Assembly (NCBI GenBank): GCA_032249395.1
Contig: JAVVFY010000003.1
Coordinates: forward strand, 1-64,000
Length of the DNA stretch: 64,000 bases
Origin: Candidatus Aenigmatarchaeota archaeon
Lineage (GTDB): Archaea; Aenigmatarchaeota; Aenigmatarchaeia; CG10238-14; SpSt-28
Direction: 5' to 3'
Part shown: positions 1 to 7,300 of the stretch, piece after piece
How the letters are laid out: each line of letters begins with the position of its first letter
Numbering within the stretch: the first letter of the stretch is position 1
Program-made: the position numbers and the translations under genes
Notes under the pieces: model-generated
Told to the model about the DNA's origin: nothing
Database searches by the model: none
The model's input: only the letters and a program-made list of their open reading frames with translations

Positions 1-709
1 ATATGTTTAGATTTGTTTTCTCTTCTATTGGACTCAAAAAATTCCCGTTTTCTTTCAATTTTAATATAGCACCAAGAGTTGAGTCTTCAAACAAATCGTT
101 GGATTTGCTAACTGAATCGATAATTGAAAGTGAAGCTTCTATATAACTAACATTCAGAGGCATTGAAGTTGAATCATTATTATCGCAAGTTATACTCAGA
201 GAATAATTGATACCACTAGCCAACAAATCTTTGTTTAAACTCGATACATCAAATGATAATTTGTTGTTAGTTATTCTGTTAGTTCCTATTATGTATTGTG
301 TTCCTTCTGAATCATATATGTAGGCATAAGTAATATTACAATTTGCTTCTACCACAATAGCAGCGGGATTGTATGAAATTGCACCATTTGAGTTAATAAT
401 CCAGATTTTGTTGGATGGTGTAAAGTTTACGCTTATGTCTGCAAGAGTTGGCATAGGCAAAAAGAATGGTATTAGAGCCAAAAAGAAAATCAACCAAAGT
501 CCTTTTTTAGCTTTTTCCTTAGCGACATAAACTTTAGCTTTTCCAACCTTGAAAACATCAACCTTACCCTGCTCTCTCAAAGCTTCTAAATAGCCAGCAA
601 GAATGTACCTTTTAACATTCAATCTCCTAGAAAGTTCAGAAATGGATAAAATCTCTTTGCTTAAAATTTCAAGAAGCTTATCTTCTATTTTTTGTTGAGA
701 TTCATCCAT
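1..709 (-). CDS. Partial (runs off left edge): N-terminal winged-helix domain fused to a TM/signal segment and an extracellular beta-rich domain
   Basis: Not in the ORF track. Manual translation from ATG at 709 is open to base 1: MDESQQKIEDKLLEILSKEILSISELSRRLNVKRYILAGYLEALREQGKVDVFKVGKAKVY (wHTH), then KKGLWLIFFLALIPFFLPMPTLA (hydrophobic), then DISVNFTPSNKIW... with NxS/T sequons. Confidence 0.8.
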   Translation of the reverse strand, partial: MDESQQKIEDKLLEILSKEILSISELSRRLNVKRYILAGYLEALREQGKVDVFKVGKAKVYVAKEKAKKGLWLIFFLALIPFFLPMPTLADISVNFTPSNKIWIINSNGAISYNPAAIVVEANCNITYAYIYDSEGTQYIIGTNRITNNKLSFDVSSLNKDLLASGINYSLSITCDNNDSTSMPLNVSYIEASLSIIDSVSKSNDLFEDSTLGAILKLKENGNFLSPIEEKTNLNI

Positions 710-739
710 TTTTTCATATTGTTTCCATAATTTAAAAAC

Positions 740-761
740 ATTTTTTCAATATTGAAAAAAT
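740..761. promoter_or_regulatory. Perfect 22-bp palindrome, putative operator upstream of the wHTH-TM gene
   Basis: ATTTTTTCAATATTGAAAAAAT, ~30 bp upstream of the ATG at 709 (minus strand). Confidence 0.5.
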
Positions 762-841
762 ATATTTTCGATATATAAACAAAATTGATACAATATGGGA
801 AAATTTGATTGTTGACACACGCTTTCTAGACAATTGCTCGC

Positions 842-1543
842 TTATTGTCGAGATAACCAAATTCTAAAAATATCCAAAATGTAGAAAAACCAATACTCTA
901 ACCCAACTTTCCTTTCAAGCTTTACATCATTCGTTGAAAAATACTTTCCATCTGTGCTAGCTACAGCAAAACTTATGTTTCTCTTGCTCGCTATCTCTCC
1001 TTCAAAGTTTATCTTGACAAAGTTTTTTCCAGTTTTTAATCTTCCAACATAGCTCTCAATAATCAAATTCTCCGGATATTGGAAAGGCATAATCGCAACT
1101 TCGTTAGAAACATTAGAAAGAACCCCCAAAACAATGAAATTAGAATAAACTCTTGCTTCGTTTATGAAAAACCACTTTTCTTCTTGAAATGCTTTTTCTT
1201 TTGCTTCTATTTCTCTCTCAAAAATCTTGTTGCAAAAATAAATTTTCATTTTTGTTTCATTAGAAGGCAGAAAGTACAAGCTAACTCTCTTCAAGTCTCC
1301 CGGAGCTTCAAAAATCTTTGAACTCCAAACTCTATTTTCTCCTTCTATCAAAACTCTAAATGTATAAGGAAGGCTGCCAGAATTGTAAATTTCAGCATCT
1401 ATTTTTGGCAAACCTTCTAAAGAAACATTAAAACTTTTTATCTCAATAGAACAAACGTCTCTTACATCAACATTAACCATCAAAGATTTTCCAACAGTGA
1501 AAACAAAAAGAATAACCAAAAAAACTAGCAAAAACTTCTTCAC
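842..1543 (-). CDS. Hypothetical exported/membrane-anchored protein, Ig/CARDB-like
   Basis: N-terminal signal peptide, IYNSGS motif typical of beta-sandwich domains, C-terminal aromatic/hydrophobic tail. Overlaps the upstream gene by 4 bp. Confidence 0.7.
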   Translation of the reverse strand: MKKFLLVFLVILFVFTVGKSLMVNVDVRDVCSIEIKSFNVSLEGLPKIDAEIYNSGSLPYTFRVLIEGENRVWSSKIFEAPGDLKRVSLYFLPSNETKMKIYFCNKIFEREIEAKEKAFQEEKWFFINEARVYSNFIVLGVLSNVSNEVAIMPFQYPENLIIESYVGRLKTGKNFVKINFEGEIASKRNISFAVASTDGKYFSTNDVKLERKVGLEYWFFYILDIFRIWLSRQ

Positions 1544-2088
1544 TTTAGATCACCAAAAATTCCATATAACGAATATATAAAGTCATACTTTGGTATTTTT
1601 ACTTCAACTCTAATCTCTCCTTCAAAGAAGCCAGAAATTGTTTCATTAGTAAAGAAGTAAACGTCTATTCTTTTCTTCTCATTTGGATTGAGCCAGAATG
1701 AATCTTCGCTAAACTTTACTTTCTTAGAAATGTTTCCGATTGAATACAACTCTACTCTTACTTTCTTGTCTCTCAAATTTTGCAAATCGATAAATCTTCT
1801 TGCATAACTTCCTCCTCCTGGAATTTCACCAAAATTCAAATTCCAAGGATCTGTAACAACTCCAAGAGTATAGTTTTCCCCAGGTTTTACCTCAATAACT
1901 TTAGCAGCAGAATAATATCGTGTAATCTCATAATCAAAAAAGATTCCACTTTTTTTCTCTATCGTATAATTTTTTACAAAAGCTTGCTTTTCCTCTTTTG
2001 GAAAGAAGATTATGAAAAACAAAAGTATAGCAAAGAGCGGTATAAATAACAAATTTATCAGCTTTTTATCTTTTCTAGCTCTTTTCAT
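1540..2088 (-). CDS. Hypothetical membrane-anchored Ig-like protein
   Basis: N-terminal TM; 'LNFGEIPGG...IDLQN...SFWLNPNEKKRIDV...GFFEGEIRV' Ig-like pattern. Confidence 0.7.
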   Translation of the reverse strand: MKRARKDKKLINLLFIPLFAILLFFIIFFPKEEKQAFVKNYTIEKKSGIFFDYEITRYYSAAKVIEVKPGENYTLGVVTDPWNLNFGEIPGGGSYARRFIDLQNLRDKKVRVELYSIGNISKKVKFSEDSFWLNPNEKKRIDVYFFTNETISGFFEGEIRVEVKIPKYDFIYSLYGIFGDLK

Positions 2089-2992
2089 AAATCCACCTTG
2101 CTACTAAAATTATTACTATTGCCAAGATGATATAAATTAAAAACGTTAAGTCAATTGGTTTTTGAACTTGAATTGGTTTTTTCACAAAATTTATAACCAT
2201 TTTTTTCTCAAGTTTATCGCTAGTATAATCAACAGTTATTTTTGAGTCAAGATTTCCCTCTAATGACTCACTTACAAAAGCAACAATTTCTTTTAGTTCA
2301 TTTGGTCTCACAGTTTCTCTAGCAGAAAAAAAAGAATAAGTTTTATTGTTGTAATAGATCTCTCCACTAGCAATAACTTTCATCGTTACAGTTCCTGTGT
2401 TTTTAAAGAAAATTCTAACTTTGTTTCCCTCTCCTAAAGCATCTATAATTTCTCCACTTCTTATCGCTTCTCCTGGAACTCTAAAGATAACGTTTACTTT
2501 TGTAACAGCAATTATCCCAACACCAACTTGACCACCAGCTTGACCAGTAAATTCTGGCTCTGGTTGAATGCCAAAAGAATGATATCCTGGTTCTGCATTA
2601 TTTGGAATGGAAAGAAGGAAACTTATTTCCCTCCAGTTAGTTATCTTGCCAATTGGGGTTTGTAATGGTTGGGTTTGTGGTTTTAGAGGAACTGGATTTG
2701 AAAAATACCTAATCCAACTTGAAACATCTTCTTCAGAATAATTAGCAATTGCTCCAGGATTATAAGCTCTTACAAAATCTAAGTTGTCTGGATATTGGAT
2801 AAGATGTACCAACATTTCTTCGTTTGAAGAAGAAACGATGTAAAATTTTACATTTCTTGTTTCACCTCTATTCACATCTCCTAAATCTATTATTGGCGGC
2901 AAAACACCAACTGTGTATTGTTGAGACAAGGAAATTTTAGAGAAGAACAAGATAGCGATAAAAACAAACAATATTAAAATTCCTTTCTTCAT
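2075..2992 (-). CDS. Two-Ig-domain exported protein with C-terminal TM (DUF916/DUF3324 WxL-interacting-like or PapD-like architecture)
   Basis: Signal peptide; 'VGVLPPIIDLGDVNRGE', 'IPNNAEPGYH', 'FKNTGTV' motifs; C-terminal TM with a short tail. Family assignment is by eye. Confidence 0.6.
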   Translation of the reverse strand: MKKGILILFVFIAILFFSKISLSQQYTVGVLPPIIDLGDVNRGETRNVKFYIVSSSNEEMLVHLIQYPDNLDFVRAYNPGAIANYSEEDVSSWIRYFSNPVPLKPQTQPLQTPIGKITNWREISFLLSIPNNAEPGYHSFGIQPEPEFTGQAGGQVGVGIIAVTKVNVIFRVPGEAIRSGEIIDALGEGNKVRIFFKNTGTVTMKVIASGEIYYNNKTYSFFSARETVRPNELKEIVAFVSESLEGNLDSKITVDYTSDKLEKKMVINFVKKPIQVQKPIDLTFLIYIILAIVIILVARWIYEKS

Positions 2993-3062
2993 AATATCTT
3001 TTCTGAGCGGATAATTAAAACGAATTGCTAAATTTAAAATAAAGTCAAATGAAACAAGGGTT

Positions 3063-3323
3063 CTAAGATTTTTTCTTCAGTTTCTCTACCAGTTCTTTCA
3101 TTTTTACCTCTTCAATTACTTTCTCTTTGGGGAAAATAATTCTATAGGCACCTATTTTTCTTTGGGTAATTTTTCCTTCACCAAGAAGTTCATGAATGTA
3201 AATGCTCGCTGTTATTCTGCTAACACCAGCTTTTTTCGCAACTTCCTGAATTGTTAATCCTTCTGGGTTTTCTTTGATTATCCTGTAAATTTTTTCTTTT
3301 GTTTCTTCAGAGCTTTTTGCCAT
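3063..3323 (-). CDS. Winged-helix transcriptional regulator
   Basis: 'IYRIIKENPEGLTIQEVAKKAGVSRITASIYIHELLGEGKITQRKIG'. The ATG at 3323 is a more likely start than the one at 3353. Confidence 0.85.
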   Translation of the reverse strand: MAKSSEETKEKIYRIIKENPEGLTIQEVAKKAGVSRITASIYIHELLGEGKITQRKIGAYRIIFPKEKVIEEVKMKELVEKLKKKS

Positions 3324-3345
3324 ATTTTTATTTGTTTCATGAGTA

Positions 3346-3413
3346 TTTAACATTAACGTTTAACATTAATTGTTAACTTCAAAATATATATTATAGTTAA
3401 ACATTAACGTTTA
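3346..3413. promoter_or_regulatory. Repeated operator-like motif in a divergent promoter region
   Basis: AACATTAACGTTTA at 3349-3362 and 3400-3413, plus near-palindrome TAACATTAATTGTTA at 3361-3375. Confidence 0.55.
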
Positions 3414-3438
3414 TAAATGCAGATAACCAATAATTTTT

Positions 3439-4332
3439 ATGAGAAACATGCCACTGAAAACACTTCTGCCAATAATCTTTGCTATAGTTTTTCTAGTAAT
3501 GCCCTTAGTTCCAGCAATAGCTGCTGAAACGTCAGCAAACATAACAGTTAATGTAACAGTAGCTGCAGTAGCTGAAATAACAGTAGTTCCGAATTATTTG
3601 AACTGGACCAACATATATCCAGGATCAGCTGGTGTTGTTCAATATGTTGATGTAAAAAACACCGGTTCATTAAACGTTTCTAACATTTACATCTATGCAA
3701 GTACTTTAACTGATGAAACGACAAGACCTTATGGAACTGCTGACCCAAGCAAATACAGTGCCGCTGGAGTTATTGTAGTAAAAGGAGATTCTGACAATGT
3801 TCCAAAGTTTGTAGGGAGAATAGAGTGGAACTGGACAGATGCTATTAGTGGGGCTGACTTTAGTGGTGTAACTAATGTAAAGGCTTGGGGTTTCTACAAA
3901 AACACAAGCTTTGAATATGTATGGGCTGCAGGTGCTGATACAACAACCAATAGATGTAATGATACAGGCGCAAGCTTTGCAATATCAGATATACCAGATG
4001 ATGGAAGTACATTAGCAAAAACACCAACAACAACTGGAATTTCTAGAAGTGGAGGAGATGCAAACTTCGGTTACTTTAGCGTTTCTGGAAGAGCAGCTTT
4101 TGGTAATGAACCAGTATGTGTAGCTGTGGCACAAGATTGTAGTAAAATTTATGTTTACAGATATGATAAGAGACCAGGTTTTGGAAGTTGCGGAAATTCA
4201 GCATATTTGACAACAAGAACATTAGTACCTGGAGATATCTATAGAATAACATACATAAGTGCATATGTTCCAAAAGGAATTCCAGCAGGCCAATTAAAGT
4301 TAGGAACGCTAACAGTCGTTGCTTCCTACTAA
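3439..4332 (+). CDS. Secreted protein, putative pilin/fimbrial-type or WxL-like structural subunit
   Basis: Signal peptide ending AIA/AAE. Mature N-terminal strand TSANITVNVTV; VKNTGS motif; C-terminal 'VPKGIPAG...GTLTVVASY'; no membrane anchor; 4 Cys. Confidence 0.55.
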   Translation: MRNMPLKTLLPIIFAIVFLVMPLVPAIAAETSANITVNVTVAAVAEITVVPNYLNWTNIYPGSAGVVQYVDVKNTGSLNVSNIYIYASTLTDETTRPYGTADPSKYSAAGVIVVKGDSDNVPKFVGRIEWNWTDAISGADFSGVTNVKAWGFYKNTSFEYVWAAGADTTTNRCNDTGASFAISDIPDDGSTLAKTPTTTGISRSGGDANFGYFSVSGRAAFGNEPVCVAVAQDCSKIYVYRYDKRPGFGSCGNSAYLTTRTLVPGDIYRITYISAYVPKGIPAGQLKLGTLTVVASY

Positions 4333-4351
4333 TTTCTTTTTTTATTTTTTT
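4333..4351 (+). terminator. Oligo-T archaeal terminator
   Basis: TTTCTTTTTTTATTTTTTT immediately after the stop codon of 3439..4332. Confidence 0.55.
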
Positions 4352-4382
4352 AGAAAACTCTATGCAACTATTCTGATAGTAC

Positions 4383-7300
4383 TTACAACTTCTTTTCTAT
4401 TTTTTCTAATTTTTCCTCCAAACTCTTCTTCATTGCTCTATAAGCGGCTTCTGATATTAGCCCTTCTTCTCTGCTTTTCTCCAAAGCTCTCAAAGCTCTC
4501 AAAACATTTTCTTTTTCTGCTAGTATTTCTTCCTTGCTTGGTTTCTTTCTAATTTGTTCTGCAAGCTTTACAGCTGGCAAGAATGTTGGTAATCTTATTT
4601 TTTCTCCCTCTTTCTTCTTCTTTTTCAAAATCAAAACTGTACTAGCTATTGCTAATATTGCTATTGCTATAGCAGCTATTAACCAAAATGGTATTACAAA
4701 AGCTCTAGCTTTTACTGTAAGCTTAGATAGCAAATCTCTTGCCCTCTCCAAAAGTACTTTAGCATTCTCAACATTTTTCATCGCACCTTCATAATTCTCT
4801 TTATTCAAATTGTCTCTAGCTTTCAGAATTTCATCTCTTATTGAGTTTATCATGTCTTTAACAACGCTAACATCCTTTCCTTCTTTCTCAGCAATTTTTG
4901 TATCAATAATTAGCTGAGCTAACTCGTCTTCTAACTTAGAAATCTCTTCTTCCAATAATTCTCTAAGGCTTCTATAGATTATTATGTTGATTTGTTTACT
5001 ATCAGAAATTAGATTAGAAGAGGCAACCAAAGTTGCTGTGTAATTACCAATGCTTACTTCTTTTGGAACGTTGAAAGTTATAGCAAAGACTGCAGTTGCG
5101 TTTGGAGCTAGAGAATAATAATTAGAAGGAGTTATGTTAAACCAATTTACTGGAAAGCCTACTAACATCAAACTAACATTTGACAAATCTAGAGAACCGG
5201 TGTTTCTAACAGTTACCAACTCTGTTTTTATTGAATTTCTTGCTAATGAAATATTAGGATTGAATTTCTCAATCAATATTGAAGCTGTCAAATTAGCTGT
5301 TGGTATTGGCAATGGGGTAGGAACTATAATTTGACCAGTTGGGATTGGAACTTGTTGTATTGGTCTTACAACTTGAGTAACATTTCTTGCAACAACTAAG
5401 AAAGTTGCATTAGCTAAAATTGGTGGCTGAACATAATCATAAGTCATTTTGACGTTTATGAAGTAAGTTCCCAATGGCTGATCACTAAATATGTAAGCCG
5501 TTCTCAAGAACGTTTTGTTAGTTAGAGATGGAGTATAAACTGCCTCAGAAGAATAGAAGTACTTTTTACCATCGACAGAAGAGACCCAATATTCAATGAA
5601 AACATCTTGTGAGACCTCTCCCATATTTATAACCAAAATGTTGAATGGTAATTCTTCCCCTTGAGCAACTTCATATTGCAATGGAATGACTTTAAGGTCG
5701 TATGGTCCTCCCATTGCCACTCTAAATGAAGCTAACTTCATTGTATTGAAGTCTCCTTTTGAAACGTTCAAAACTGCCAAATACATTCCACTTGGTGTAT
5801 TAACAGGCATTGCGTATCTGTAAGAATAAAACCCAATTGATTCTCTATTCATTTGTGCTAGACTAACTGAAAGATAAACATTCCCAGCTGGATCATAAAC
5901 TGTCAAATTCATGGAATCCGGATCTACTGGTCTTCCTTCTCCATTGTAAACCAAAATTCCGAATTTCATGATATTGTTTGGATACCAAACAACAGAAGTT
6001 GAAATATCAGCAAACAAACCAGTAACTGTTATGCTTCTCAACAAAACAGAAAAGTTATAACTAACATTCTTTGTTGTTATGACATTTCCTAGCTCTAAAA
6101 CTGCTTTAGCAATCAAAGTATAGTTGCCAACAATAGAATCTGATGGCAAGTAAAAGCTAGGAGGTGGTAATATTGTTCCATCATCGTTTGTAGTGTAATT
6201 TTGACTCTTAAAAATCAAAACTCCTTGAGGATTGTAAATTTCAAAAGAAACTTTAACATCTTTTATTGGATTTCCTTCAAAATCTCTTGCCAAAAAGTAA
6301 ATTGAACCTGTATCTCCTTGGTAATATTTATCAGAAAACGTTGAGACTATAGCAACAAAAGTTCTCCTTACTTTGAAGAAAGACGTGCTGTTTCCTATAT
6401 TACCTACATTGTCTTCAGCAGTAACAGTTACATTGTAAATTCCAACATCATATGTGCTTCCTCCACTAACAAATGGATAGTCTACATAGAAAATACTAAC
6501 ATTGCCGTCTGAAGTCAAAAATGCCATTTGAGAAGTATCTATACTTCCGTTTGGCTGTTGAACTGATGCATTAACTGATTTGATTCCAGTTCCACTTTTA
6601 TCAGTAACGTTAGCAAAAATCCTTACATTTCGAGTTTGTTCTATTTCATCTTTATCAAAATAAATTTGGATTTCTGGAGGAGAATAAGGCAAAAGAGTAA
6701 CATAGAATGTCTTATTTTTAGGATTAGCATCATCTTCTAAGGCTGAAATTGTAAACGTTGAATTGTAGATTCCTTCTGGAATACCAGTAACATTGTAAAG
6801 TATAGAAACTTTTTTGGTCTTATTTGCTTCAATTACAAAACTTGTTTCATTGACTTTAGTGTAATTGCCATATTCTGGATAAATTGAAAAAGTTATGTTT
6901 GCGTTACCCAAGTTATAAACGTTTAGTTCGCAGGCTATTCCATCAGTAGGAAATTCAGATTTTTTACACTCTATTGGATAAATATCCCAAGTTCTATTTT
7001 CGCTAACATTAATTATTACAAGCAAAGTATCGTAGTTTTTTGAATTGTCCGAAGTCACATTTATTAAACTCTGATAGCTTCCTGCTAGATAGTTGAATGG
7101 AATGCTAACGTTCAAAGCAACGCTATAATTTGTGCCCGCTTCTAAAGATGAAATTAAGCTTGGTGTGAAAATGAAATTAAAGTCGTCACATTTTCCTTCA
7201 ACACAAGAAAATCTTATGTTGTATAATCTATCGTTACCAATAGAAAGAACTGTAAAGTTTCCTATGTAAGAATTTTTACTTGGTTCAACTTTTTTGCTCA

